NCBI GenBank assembly: GCA_963769935.1
Contig: CAVYNY010000035.1
Location: 147,676 to 211,675 of the forward strand
Direction: 5' to 3'
Origin: an uncultured delta proteobacterium
GTDB lineage: Bacteria; Desulfobacterota; Desulfobacteria; Desulfobacterales; JAFDCJ01
DNA length: 64,000 nt
A program made the translations under genes and the position numbers. The notes below the pieces were generated by a model that saw nothing but the letters and a program-made list of their open reading frames with translations, did not search any database and was not told the origin of the DNA. The stretch's first letter is position 1, and each line of letters opens with the position of its first letter. Below, piece after piece: positions 1-9,621 of the stretch.

Positions 1-505
1 GGCGGGCATTTTGCATTGTTGCGCGGCCGCCAGGAAAACTTTGCGAATGATAGGGCCACCTAGCCCGCAAACTGTTGGAACGGGTTTGCTCACCCGTGAG
101 GGTGTTGCCGACGATTACCCCCGTGCGCCGGCCGGGAAAATCGTCGGCATTGAATCCGGCGTCCGCGATGGCCTGCAGCGCAGTGTCAAGGGCGAGCCAA
201 TGGACGATGTCCGTTGCTTCGTAGGTTGATTTGGGTATGCGGTGGGCCGACCAGTCAAATTCGAATCCGTCGATGACCGCAGCCTGCCGGGCATAGGATT
301 TGTCCGGGGTTTTGACGTCTTCGTGATAATAGTCGGCTAATGGCATGCGACAATCGGGCATCCGTCTGAATTGACGCCGGCGACCGAGCACGTTTTCCCA
401 CAATTGCCGCGGGGAGGAAGATCCCGGATAGCGGCAACCCATACCGATCACGGCGATGGGGATCGAAAACCGTTTTCTGTTCAATTGAGTCCCTTCCTTA
501 CCCAT
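1..505 (-). CDS. pksE: N-terminus (KS domain) of an enediyne PksE-like iterative type I polyketide synthase, partial (runs off the window)
   Basis: Manual translation: IPIAVIGMGCRYPGSSSPRQLWENVLGRRRQFRRMPDCRMPLADYY...AAVIDGFEFDW...STYEATDIVHWLALDTALQAIADAGF...RTGVIVGNTLTGEQTRSNSLRARWPY. This matches the PksE KS N-terminus (HWLALD, GNTLTGE, RWPY). Start is ATG 505 or TTG 484 after AAGGAAGG. Probable +1 indel near nt 50, since IRKVFLAAA continues in another frame. Confidence 0.8.
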   Translation of the reverse strand, partial: MGKEGTQLNRKRFSIPIAVIGMGCRYPGSSSPRQLWENVLGRRRQFRRMPDCRMPLADYYHEDVKTPDKSYARQAAVIDGFEFDWSAHRIPKSTYEATDIVHWLALDTALQAIADAGFNADDFPGRRTGVIVGNTLTGEQTRSNSLRARWPYHSQSFPGGRATMQNAR

Positions 506-902
506 GCTCTCAAGGCCACTCCAATTTGGGGTGGTTCACTTCATTAAGTAACAAATATTGCGATATGCAATGCGCTGACTTGTGTTTGTCGCGCCCGAAT
601 GCATCGTAAGGCTGGAAACGCGGAAAGTTCTAAAGAATTTCACCATTTTACCGATAATAAACCTGAATTGCTACTAACATGGAGGCAATAAAGAATCAAG
701 TCCTAACAGAATAAATATTAAAAAAATCAGATAGTTAATAAATTTTATTTTTCAAATGAATTTTCAAAGGCCTCTTAATTCAAAAAACAAACTGATTTGG
801 CTTCAGTTTGTATATTTTAAAGGAAGATTTACCTTTTGCCATTCATATTTGCTAATAATTAGCCGGACTATATTTCTGTTTTCGAGGGAATCCCGACAGT
901 AA

Positions 903-3272
903 ATGAATCCAATATGTCTCAAAGATATTTTACTTTCCGGAAATCACCGGACATCCACTGCCGTTAAGCTCAAGATCAATCCACTTACACTTTCCTTCCG
1001 TGAAGAACAGGCTGGTCTCGAGAAGCTTTTCTCCTCCAATTATTTTAGTACGAATCTCAAGCATTCAAGACTGTGTCATCTTTTTGCCATATTCTTTTAT
1101 GGTATCAGCGGGATTCTGGAATTGGTATTATTTCCAGATTCTAAAGGGGTGGTTTGGACAATCCGCTACGGTATCGTCATCCCCATATTTATCACAGGTC
1201 TGCTGTTTTCCTTTTCGACCTATTACGCTAAATTCTGGCAATTAATTCATGGGATTTACATTATGGCAACCGGTATCGGTTTTTTAGCGATGATTATTTT
1301 TGGACCGAAACCCGCAGTTTTTTCATACTATGTTGGCATCATCATGAGCATGTTTTTCGGTTATACGTTTATTCGCGAGCGCTTTATTTTTGCCTCCACA
1401 TCAGGTTGCCTGCTTCTGATCTCCTACTTATTAGCCTCAATATATGTAATCGGTACGCCGTTTAACATCCTATTTCACGACACCTTATATCTGAGCTGTG
1501 CGAATCTGCTGGGAATGATGATCTGCTATTTCATGGAGTACTCCGCCCGAAGAGATTTTTACCTAGTGAATCTATATCAGGAAGAAAGAGAGAAGGTTAA
1601 CGTTGCAAACCAAGAACTGGAGCGCCGAGTCAGGGATCGCACCAATGAACTGTGGCAAACCAATAGCAATCTGAGACAGGAAATCATCGAGCGCCAGCGT
1701 GCTGAAAGCGCCCTGCGGGAGTCTGAAGAAAAATATCGTTTGCTGATCGACAATGCGGACACGGCAATTTTTATCGCTCAGGACGGGGTTATCAAATTTC
1801 CAAACCCGAAAACCATGGAGTTAACCGGCTATATCGCGCAGGAATTGGCCACCAAACCCTTTTCCAATCTCATTCATCACAATGACCGGGACCTGGTCAT
1901 GGAACGGCACCGGGCTAGGCTGGCGGGAGAAGATCTGCCCGGCAGCTATGAATTCAGGTTTTTAAACAAGGATGGTCGGGAACTGTGGGGCCATCTCAAC
2001 ACAGCCGTGATATCCTGGGAAAGACGCCCGGCAACTCTGAATTTTTTGCGTGATGTCACATCCCAGAAGATTTTGGAAAACAAGTTGAGACAGGCCCAAA
2101 AATTGGAAGCCATCGGCACGGTGGCCGGGGGTGTCGCCCATGACCTGAATAACATTTTATCGGGTGTTGTCAGTTACCCGGAACTTCTGCTGCTGGATTT
2201 GCCTGCTGACAGCCCCTTGAGAGCGCCTATCGAAACCATTCAGGAAACTGGGAAAAAAGCCGCCGCCATTGTGCAGGACATGCTGACGCTGGCCAGACGG
2301 GGCGTAGAAGTTTCCGAGGTTATAAATTTGAACCAGATTGTCGCTGACTATCTGAGCAGTCCGGAGTATGAAAAGCTATGCTCCTATCATGAGCAGATGT
2401 CAGTTGAAATGGATATGGATCCGAATTTGCATAACATATCAGGGTCCCCCATTCATATTTTAAAAACCATCATGAATCTAGTTTCGAACGCCGCCGAAGC
2501 CATGCCGGAAGGCGGAACTATCCAAATCTCAACCAAAAACTGCAATATCGCCGGATCTCATAAAGAAATAGAGAAAATTGCGCCGGGTGAATACGCCACC
2601 CTGTCCATCGTCGACAGCGGGACAGGAATCTCGGCGCAGGATCTGGACCGGATATTTGAACCTTTCTTCACCAAGAAGAAGATGGGCCGGAGCGGAACCG
2701 GTTTGGGAATGGCCGTGGTATGGGGAACGGTCCATGACCATAATGGCCATATCGAAGTTCAAACGACGGAGGGCAAAGGTACGGCCTTCACCCTTTACTT
2801 TCCCACCACCAGTGAACCGTCGCTGCAAGATAAACCGAAGCCGTCCCTAAATGATTTGAAAGGCCATGGAGAGTCAATCCTTGTCGTCGACGATGTCCGG
2901 GAACAAAGAGAGATTGCCTCCAAGATATTAAAAAAATTGGGATATATGGTGACAACCGCTGCGAGCGGCGAGGATGCCGTTCAATATCTGAAAGAGAAAT
3001 CCGCCGATCTGCTGATTCTGGATATGATTATGAGTCCGGGGATTGACGGACTTGAGACTTATCAACGCGCACTGGAGATACGGTCAGATCAGAAGGCAAT
3101 TATCGCCAGCGGTTTTTCGGAAACGGAGCGTGTCAAAGAGGCTCAGCTTTTAGGGGCAACGAAATATGTAAAAAAGCCATATTCAATCGAAAAAATCGGT
3201 GAAGCAGTGAAAGCGGAGCTGCACGGCGGCAGAACCAACAGCCGGATTAAAACCAGATCAGTTGAGCATTAG
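903..3272 (+). CDS. Membrane-bound hybrid sensor histidine kinase (multi-TM, PAS, HisKA, HATPase, REC)
   Basis: Hydrophobic N-terminal helices; H-box AGGVAHDLNNIL; NLVSNAAEAM; DSGTGI; GTGLGM; C-terminal receiver (VVDD...LDMIM...KP). Confidence 0.93.
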   Translation: MNPICLKDILLSGNHRTSTAVKLKINPLTLSFREEQAGLEKLFSSNYFSTNLKHSRLCHLFAIFFYGISGILELVLFPDSKGVVWTIRYGIVIPIFITGLLFSFSTYYAKFWQLIHGIYIMATGIGFLAMIIFGPKPAVFSYYVGIIMSMFFGYTFIRERFIFASTSGCLLLISYLLASIYVIGTPFNILFHDTLYLSCANLLGMMICYFMEYSARRDFYLVNLYQEEREKVNVANQELERRVRDRTNELWQTNSNLRQEIIERQRAESALRESEEKYRLLIDNADTAIFIAQDGVIKFPNPKTMELTGYIAQELATKPFSNLIHHNDRDLVMERHRARLAGEDLPGSYEFRFLNKDGRELWGHLNTAVISWERRPATLNFLRDVTSQKILENKLRQAQKLEAIGTVAGGVAHDLNNILSGVVSYPELLLLDLPADSPLRAPIETIQETGKKAAAIVQDMLTLARRGVEVSEVINLNQIVADYLSSPEYEKLCSYHEQMSVEMDMDPNLHNISGSPIHILKTIMNLVSNAAEAMPEGGTIQISTKNCNIAGSHKEIEKIAPGEYATLSIVDSGTGISAQDLDRIFEPFFTKKKMGRSGTGLGMAVVWGTVHDHNGHIEVQTTEGKGTAFTLYFPTTSEPSLQDKPKPSLNDLKGHGESILVVDDVREQREIASKILKKLGYMVTTAASGEDAVQYLKEKSADLLILDMIMSPGIDGLETYQRALEIRSDQKAIIASGFSETERVKEAQLLGATKYVKKPYSIEKIGEAVKAELHGGRTNSRIKTRSVEH

Positions 3273-3399
3273 ATGAAAAACCCTGGGATGCCAACGCAAA
3301 ATCTTCCATTATTCTTGACAGGTATGATCGATTCTCATATGCTTTCATACGGTTTTATCTGGACTATTATGGTTTTAAAATAGGAGATTAAGAAAAGAA

Positions 3400-3678
3400 A
3401 TGACCACAGAAGAACGCGGGGTAGGCGTGGACGATGTAGCCGTCCACCTCGGGGTGGCCAAGGACCCGGTGTATAGATGAATCGAGCAACGGAAGCTTCC
3501 TGCTCACCGAGTGGGATGACTCTTTCGTTTCAAGTTATCCGAAATAGACGAGTGGGTGCGCCAAGACAACGAGCGGGAGCAGTCCCCAAATTTCGTCAAA
3601 AGCCGACCCTCCTCGAAAACAGATGCAAATCAATCAACAACAAAAACACGCTCACGTAAGATAGGCTGGAATGAGTAG
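3400..3678 (+). pseudogene. Excisionase-family HTH DNA-binding protein, two internal TGA stops
   Basis: MTTEERGVGVDDVAVHLGVAKDPVYR*IEQRKLPAHRVG*LFRFKLSEIDEWVR matches the Xis/HTH_17 pattern (...VYRWIE...AHRVGRLFRFKLSEIDEWV). Confidence 0.8.
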
Positions 3679-3842
3679 CAATCTGCTCACATCTCAGATA
3701 GGGCAGCGGATATTGCTCCGTGGGCACTTTGATGTTCTCGTGGCCCTGGAAGATGCGCGACCGCTCGGCTCTGATGATTCGGCAGGCTTTGAGTGCCGTG
3801 TTTATCTTTCTGACGGTTCATTGGAAGAAGCTGTTATTTCCG
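3671..3842 (+). pseudogene. 5' fragment resembling the N-terminus of SNF2-type defence helicases
   Basis: IGQRILLRGHFDVLVALEDARPLG...FECRVYLSDGSLEEAVIS overlaps the excisionase stop, and similarity is lost after nt ~3842. Family assignment from recall only. Confidence 0.45.
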
Positions 3843-3849
3843 GGAAAGG

Positions 3850-4575
3850 GTGGCGGCACGGTTCTATCAGGAGTATCTCCCCAATGCAGTAGCTCCCGAT
3901 ATCCTGGCAACCAATGACCGATCTTACGAAGAAAAGCTGGCCTCTTGTCGAATGATCGCCTCAGTGGACGATCCTACGCCAACGATTCTGGGCGTGCTGG
4001 TCCTGGGTGTGTCGTCGCGGGATTGGATTCCCGGCGCTTACATCCAATTCCTTAAAGGCGGTGTCGGAAAAACATCCCTCGTGTATCACCTGGCTTGGAT
4101 GTTTTCTGAACTCGGCCATACAGTTGTGGCCGTTGATCTGGACGCTCAGGCCAATTTGACCGCAGCCTATCTCGATGAAGACGAGCTTGAGCGGCTGTGG
4201 GAAAATGAAAAAACTCCAACGACGATTTATCGGGCCATAGAACCGCTGACTCGGGTGGGGGATATATTAGAGCCCTATGTCGAAAAGGTGACGCAAGGTC
4301 TGTATTTAATTCCCGGGGATGTGGCCTTGGCTTCATTCGAGGACACCTTATCCGAATCTTGGCCGACCAGCATGGGTGATGCCAATTTATATCGCCCCTT
4401 TCGTATGCTGTCCGCGTTCTGGCAGGTCGCACAAATGGCGGCGAAACAGGTAAGCGCGAATATCATCCTGGTGGATGTCGGTCCCAACCTCGGGGCCATC
4501 AACCGGTCGGCCCTTATCGCTACCGATTAGGTTGCCATTCCCTTGGGAGCCGATCTTTTTTCTCTTCAAGCGATT
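3850..4575 (+). pseudogene. Chimeric remnant: internal piece of an AlbA_2/HATPase-type protein fused in frame to an internal ParA/Soj ATPase
   Basis: QEYLPNAVAPDILATNDRSYEEKLASCRMIASVDDPTPTILG...PGAYIQFL switches abruptly at ~4054 to KGGVGKTSLVYHLAW...VDLDAQANLT...VDVGPNLGAINRSAL. A TAG at 4528 is followed by VAIPLGADLFSLQ. Confidence 0.7.
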
Positions 4576-4593
4576 CAGGCGATAATGGCATTA

Positions 4594-4844
4594 GGTCGGA
4601 CCACGGTGAATGCTTGACGATTAATGATTTATGGTAAAAATCGTACCTTTCTTTTGGGGGCTTAAAGTGATGTTTCTGACACAAAAAAAGGCGGTTTAAG
4701 AAAAAGCAAACTACTGGACCTGCACCCAACCGCCATTTTTCTTAAAAGCACCTTTTTGATTGTAAAAAGGGCATTCTAAGGCTTGAAAAGGCCCTTGTTT
4801 TCAAGCTCATGCCTTAGTTGGCAGCGCTCTGCCTTGGTCCGACC
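4594..4844. mobile_element. Small inverted-repeat-bounded non-coding element (possible IS/MITE remnant)
   Basis: GGTCGGACCACGG (4594) and CCTTGGTCCGACC (4832-4844) form a 13-bp inverted repeat with 1 mismatch. It lies where the ParA remnant ends. Confidence 0.35.
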
Positions 4845-4892
4845 CCAATTCTTTCTTTGCAGGTATTAAAAACTAAAGAGGGAGACTTAATT

Positions 4893-5633
4893 ATGAGGAA
4901 AAAAAAAGAGGAAAAAGAGGAAAAAGAGGGAAGTTTGTTGAAGGAGCTGTGCGGAGATGATACAAAATTATATAATTTTCTCAGTAGTTGTTTGTATCTA
5001 AATCCGTTAGCGGCCATATCCAAAGAGGATCTCGATATCCTCATAGAAGAGGCGGAAACAAGCGGCAACTTTAGACCGGCAATGGATAAGGCCATTTTCG
5101 AATCCGCTCAAGACATGGGGAAAAGGGAAGGATACATCAAAGTTATCCAAAACCTAGCGTCGAAGAGCATGCACACAACGGAGCAAGAAAAAGAAAAGCT
5201 AGAGAAGGAAGGACACACCGATCAAGCTGCTTCTCTTGAGAGAAAAATTGAAAAAAATAAATTTATGAGTGAAAGAGCCGAAGACATTATAAACGTAGCT
5301 TTTAAATTCTACAATGAGATATTGGTGGAACTGGGGGAAAACACCAGAAGAGAAGAGAGAGGAGAAGAGCGAAGAGGAACTGAATGGGAAGAAAGGAGAA
5401 TTGAGGGACTTGAAAAGGCGGGGCGAGAAGCAAGAAAACGAGAAAGAAGAGGGATGGGAAGAAAAGAGAAAAGGGTATCTAAGAAACAAGATAAAAGAGA
5501 AGAGCTGGCAGCTAAAGAACGGAAAGAAGCCAGAGGAGAAGAGAGAAAAGAAGGCGAAAGAGAAGAAAGGAGAATAGGGGAGCTTGAAAAGGCGGGACGA
5601 GAAGCAAGAAAAAAAGAAAGAAGGGGGGATTAA
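4893..5633 (+). CDS. Hypothetical protein with E/R/K-rich duplicated C-terminal helix
   Basis: RBS GGAGA before ATG 4893; purine-rich sequence with AGA-biased codons; repeat EERRIEGLEKAGREARKRERRG / EERRIGELEKAGREARKKERRG. Confidence 0.75.
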   Translation: MRKKKEEKEEKEGSLLKELCGDDTKLYNFLSSCLYLNPLAAISKEDLDILIEEAETSGNFRPAMDKAIFESAQDMGKREGYIKVIQNLASKSMHTTEQEKEKLEKEGHTDQAASLERKIEKNKFMSERAEDIINVAFKFYNEILVELGENTRREERGEERRGTEWEERRIEGLEKAGREARKRERRGMGRKEKRVSKKQDKREELAAKERKEARGEERKEGEREERRIGELEKAGREARKKERRGD

Positions 5634-6023
5634 AATTTTGTCCCAAGGAATTTGGGGACATTCCATTGGATTATTGGTTTATTTTTTCTTTGCCCCCGCC
5701 CAGCACATCAAGTTCCTGGCCATCAGTTTCTGAGATCGAGCACTATGGATTGGGGCCGACATTATCGAGGTTGATTACCCTGCGTATCTTATAATCATAA
5801 AAAATGATCTTTTCTGATATGCATCTTTCCCCTCAGGATATCAGCCACATCAAAAACCTGCGATATGTCTGACGTTTGACTGCTTTTTATTAAAATTCAA
5901 ACTGATTTCTAATTTCTTCGACCTCACAACATTTTTACTCCAAATAGTTTATCAGATATCGGAACATGTATAGAGGGCAGTTGTTAAACAGGATTTTGTT
6001 TTCGTGAAGAAATTAAGTGGCTC

Positions 6024-6179
6024 TTGAAAACCAGTAATGGCAAAACTATCGTAACGATTGTTGGTGAAAATGTACCCAAAAGGAAAAATTATTTTTTGTC
6101 GTGGGTTGGTAAATTTATATTTGCAATATTCGGATGGGGTTTAAAAAATGAATTTCCCAATATCCCCAAGTTTCTATTG
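6024..6179 (+). pseudogene. 5' fragment resembling a lysophospholipid acyltransferase
   Basis: VGENVPKRKNYFLSWVGKFIFAIFGWGLKNEFPNIPKF resembles the PlsC-like N-terminus that precedes APHTSNWD. It is cut at the repeat starting 6180. Confidence 0.45.
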
Positions 6180-6261
6180 GATTGAGATTGAGGATTTACG
6201 TGAAGTTTCTCTTTATTCGCACCTGAATTTTTCTGAACCTGTGGTCCATTTCTGAGATCAA
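6180..6261. repeat. Dispersed ~80-bp repeat, copy 1 (copy 2 at 9755-9836)
   Basis: GATTGAGATTGAGGATTTAC...CTGAGATCAA occurs in both places. CAAAAACCTGCGATA is also shared (5851 and 9724). Confidence 0.75.
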
Positions 6262-6335
6262 TCAATATTTCAGCATCCGACCCGGAGGCTTTGCACGAAT
6301 GGCCATCAATCTATCAACACAGGGAGTATCCATTT

Positions 6336-8222
6336 ATGGAGCGAGACAGACTTCAGCAGCGGGTTGAGCGAGCGCGGGCTTTGTCCGTGGCCGGATCTTT
6401 GCCGGCAGCGCTTGAAAAGGGTGATCTGCCGATTTCAGCCGATATAACCTTGTCGGAAATCATCGTAATCGGGCTATGGGCGCAGGGTGTCAGGAATTTT
6501 GTCGGGATCTTTGGGCACGGTTCGACGGAGATCGGCGACGTCTTGCGGGTTTATGAAGCCGCCGGCCTGGTAAAGATGTACGCCGTTCGACATGAGACCG
6601 CAGCCGTGCATGCGGCCACGGCCCTGCGCTGGGTGGCCGGCGAGAAGGCAGCGGTGGTGACTTCCATCGGCCCGGGGGCTTTGCATGCCCTGGCCGGAGC
6701 CTTGACGCCTGCCAGCAACGGCATCGGTGTCTGGTTTCTGCTGGGTGACGAGACCACCGAGGATGAAGGTCCTAATATGCAACAAATTCCCCGGGCAGAG
6801 CAAAATCTTTTCCTGCGCTTGTTTGCCGCCATGGGGCCGACATATACACTGCACACACCCGGTGCGGTAAGTACGGCCTTAAGACGCGGTCTGGTGGCAA
6901 CCGAACACCCTTATCGGCCCGGTCCTTTTTTCCTGTTGATGCCGATGAACACGCAACCCCTGGTCGTTCCAGGTTTTAATTTAGAAGAAATACCCATAGT
7001 CGGGCCTCCGCAGCTGGGGGCGGCGGCCGACAACGGCACCTATGACGAAGCGGCCGATGCAATCGCAGCGGCCAAGCGGGTGGTAATTAAAATCGGTGGC
7101 GGGGCCCGCCTGGCCGGCCCGGAATTGCTGGCACTGCTCGAGTTGGCCGATGGCGTGGCGGTCCACAGTCCACTGGCCTCAGGTGTCATTCCTTTTGATC
7201 ATCCCCGCAACATGACGGTTGGTGGTTCCAAAGGGTCGCTCAGCGGCAATTTTTCCATGGAAGAGGCCGATTTGCTGGTTGCCTGCGGGACACGCTTCGT
7301 ATGTCAATCCGACTGCTCAAGGACCGGCTATCCGAAGGTAAAAAACGTAGTCAACATCAATGGGGACCCCGGCACGGCGACCCATTATGGCAAATGTCGG
7401 CCGCTGATTGGAGATATCCCTGCCACCCTAAAGCACTTGAACCAGGTTCTAAAATCGAAAACCGCCAAAACATCTCCCAACCCGTCAGAATGGCTCCAAA
7501 TGTGCCGGGCCAAGCGCCGGGAATGGGATGCCTTTCGGGAAGAACGGTATCGCACCGCATCTTTATTTGATGAGGCTTGGGGGATGGACGTCCTGACCCA
7601 GCCGGCGGCTATTAAAGCGGCTACGGATTGGGCGCGGGCCAACAACGCGGTGGCCTTTTTTGATGCCGGTGATGTGCAGGCCAACGGTTTTCAGATTGTG
7701 GAGGACGACCGCCTGGGCCGAACGTTTACCGACACAGGGGCCAGCTATATGGGCTTTGCGGTCTCGGCCCTGATGGCTACGGCCATGGCATCCAAGCCGT
7801 TTTATGGGCTCGCGCTGACCGGCGACGGGTCCTTTACAATGAACCCGCAAATTCTGATCGATGGGATCGCGCATGGGGCCCAGGGTTGTATTCTAATTTT
7901 GGATAACCGCCGAATGGGGGCGATTTCCGGGCTGCAGTCAGCCCAATACGATGCAATTTATGCGACCAGCGATCAGGTCGAAATCGACTATGTCGCCTGG
8001 GGCCGAGCGATCAAGGGCGTCATGGCATTGGACGGTGGCCGGACCACCGAATCGCTGGTCACGGGCTTGGATACAGCCCGGGCTCAGGGCGGACTGGCAC
8101 TCATTCATGTGCCTGTCTATTTTGGTCCGGATCCCCTGGGGGACATGGGCGTTTTTGGTCGTTGGAATGTGGGCAACTGGTGTGAGGCGACGCAGACCAT
8201 GCGGCACAGGATCGGTCTCTAA
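6336..8222 (+). CDS. ThDP-dependent enzyme, IolD-like (trihydroxycyclohexanedione acylhydrolase family)
   Basis: GIFGHGS, RHETAAVHAA, TSIGPG, DAGD, SYMGF and the ThDP motif GDGSF...DNRRMGAI. RBS AGGGAG before ATG 6336. Confidence 0.75.
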   Translation: MERDRLQQRVERARALSVAGSLPAALEKGDLPISADITLSEIIVIGLWAQGVRNFVGIFGHGSTEIGDVLRVYEAAGLVKMYAVRHETAAVHAATALRWVAGEKAAVVTSIGPGALHALAGALTPASNGIGVWFLLGDETTEDEGPNMQQIPRAEQNLFLRLFAAMGPTYTLHTPGAVSTALRRGLVATEHPYRPGPFFLLMPMNTQPLVVPGFNLEEIPIVGPPQLGAAADNGTYDEAADAIAAAKRVVIKIGGGARLAGPELLALLELADGVAVHSPLASGVIPFDHPRNMTVGGSKGSLSGNFSMEEADLLVACGTRFVCQSDCSRTGYPKVKNVVNINGDPGTATHYGKCRPLIGDIPATLKHLNQVLKSKTAKTSPNPSEWLQMCRAKRREWDAFREERYRTASLFDEAWGMDVLTQPAAIKAATDWARANNAVAFFDAGDVQANGFQIVEDDRLGRTFTDTGASYMGFAVSALMATAMASKPFYGLALTGDGSFTMNPQILIDGIAHGAQGCILILDNRRMGAISGLQSAQYDAIYATSDQVEIDYVAWGRAIKGVMALDGGRTTESLVTGLDTARAQGGLALIHVPVYFGPDPLGDMGVFGRWNVGNWCEATQTMRHRIGL

Positions 8223-8275
8223 ATTTTGAGCAGATGTCATATTTTTGTTCCGAATGGGTTGCAATCACCAACCGA

Positions 8276-8303
8276 GTAGGGGCGGGTTTTATACCCGCCC
8301 GCA
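8276..8303. repeat. REP-like palindrome
   Basis: GTAGGGGCGGGTTTTATACCCGCCCGCA; related copies at 37352-37423. Confidence 0.7.
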
Positions 8304-8321
8304 AAGCTTATCGAAGAACAC

Positions 8322-8573
8322 CAGGAGATTTATATCAAAGGCAAGTCGAAACGGATTGCGCCGGATATTATTAAAAGGGCCGTTCGTCGCCTGGAATATT
8401 TAGATTTGGCAACTTGCCTGGAAGATTTAAAAGTACCGCCGAGCAATAGGCTGCATGGACTCGAGGGGGACCGAAAAGGGCAATACGCTATATCGATCAA
8501 TGACCAGTGGCGGATATGCTTCAAATTTGTTGATGGCGACGCCGATGAGGTAGAAATAACAGATTACCACTGA
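8322..8573 (+). pseudogene. higB: HigB (RelE/ParE-family) toxin, 5'-truncated
   Basis: QEIYIKGKSKRIAPDIIKRAVRRLEYLDLATCLEDLKVPPSNRLHGLEGDRKGQYAISINDQWRICFKF...VEITDYH*. There is no in-frame ATG/GTG/TTG between the upstream TAG (8277) and the conserved body. Confidence 0.85.
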
Positions 8574-8583
8574 GAGGAAAACA

Positions 8584-8898
8584 ATGATCATACAAAATAC
8601 GAAACCGCGTGAAATAGCACCGACTCATCCCGGTGAGATGCTGCGGGAGGATTTCATGCCTGATTATAATCTAACGACGACCGGCCTTGCTGAAAAATTG
8701 GGCGTCTCGCGTCAAACTGTAAACGAGCTGTTGTTGGAGCGCCGGTCGGTGTCTCCAGCCATGGCTTTGAGACTATCCAGGCTGTTTGGAAACACGCCGG
8801 AGTTCTGGTTAAATGCACAGCGTGTGGTGGATCTCTGGAATGCCAAAAAGGAAATCAAACAAGATATTGAAAAAATCAGGCCGCTTCAGGCTGCCTGA
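8584..8898 (+). CDS. higA: HigA family antitoxin
   Basis: PTHPGEMLREDF...LGVSRQTVNELL...MALRLSRLFGNTPEFWLNAQ; lies directly after higB. Confidence 0.93.
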   Translation: MIIQNTKPREIAPTHPGEMLREDFMPDYNLTTTGLAEKLGVSRQTVNELLLERRSVSPAMALRLSRLFGNTPEFWLNAQRVVDLWNAKKEIKQDIEKIRPLQAA

Positions 8899-8977
8899 TC
8901 AAAATCTAATTTGGACAGCTGCTGAGATTTAAGGCGGATTGTCGCAAATTTAAATAGTGAGCAAAGCGGAGAGGTAA

Positions 8978-9205
8978 GTCAACTCGGTCAACAACGTCCC
9001 CAAGATTTCCCTGGGGAAAGCATTCATTCTTTCATTAAAAGAAATTGTTCCTTTCCCTCTTGATGAATTCCCGGAAAAGCCGGAAGCCGGTGCTTTGCTC
9101 AAGCCTTTTGGGTTTGAAATAGAAACGTTCATTGACGAACCCCAGCTTTACATCCTGGTTGCCACAAAATGCAGGTTCGAGGCGGCAGTTGACAAGGTTG
9201 AATAA
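8978..9205 (+). pseudogene. 3' fragment, probably of a class I SAM methyltransferase
   Basis: ISLGKAFILSLKEIVPFPLDEFPEKPEAGALLKPFGFEIETFIDEPQLYILVA; no start codon; family assignment from recall. Confidence 0.35.
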
Positions 9206-9297
9206 CTGAGTGTGGCTGAAAATCAAAGACTTTTAGACGGCAAGATGCGTCAGACATCCAAAATATCGAAAATGTAAACTGAAAGGAAACGATTAAG

Positions 9298-9621
9298 ATG
9301 AACGAGCAAAGAGACGCCTACGTGCAAAAGCTGAAAGCTCAATTGGACGAATGGAACGCCGATATCAACAAGCTGGAAGCTAAGGCTGATCAGGCAGAGG
9401 CCGGGGCGAAAATCGAGTATCACAAACGGATTGATGATTTACGTGCAAGGCTTAAAGAAGTTGGGGATAAGATCGGGGAACTGCAACAGACCGGCGAAGG
9501 CGCCTGGGAAGATCTTAAGCAGGGGCTTGAAAATTCATGGGAAATTCTCAAGTTAAGTTTCATAAAAGCCAAGTCCGAGTTCGAGCGGGGATACAAAGAA
9601 GGCAGGGAAGATTCCAAGTAA
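9298..9621 (+). CDS. Small coiled-coil protein (sll1863-like)
   Basis: RDAYVQKLKAQLDEWNADINKLEAKA...AWEDLKQGLENSW; RBS GAAAGGA. Confidence 0.8.
   Translation: MNEQRDAYVQKLKAQLDEWNADINKLEAKADQAEAGAKIEYHKRIDDLRARLKEVGDKIGELQQTGEGAWEDLKQGLENSWEILKLSFIKAKSEFERGYKEGREDSK

Noticed and set aside
3400..3678. TGA readthrough or alternative genetic code in the excisionase
   Set aside because: One TGA replaces Trp and the other Arg, each a single transition; many intact genes here end in TGA; the neighbours are also decayed.
5199..5666. Phe/Ser-rich membrane-like ORF on the minus strand
   Set aside because: Mirror image of the purine-rich E/K/R coding strand.
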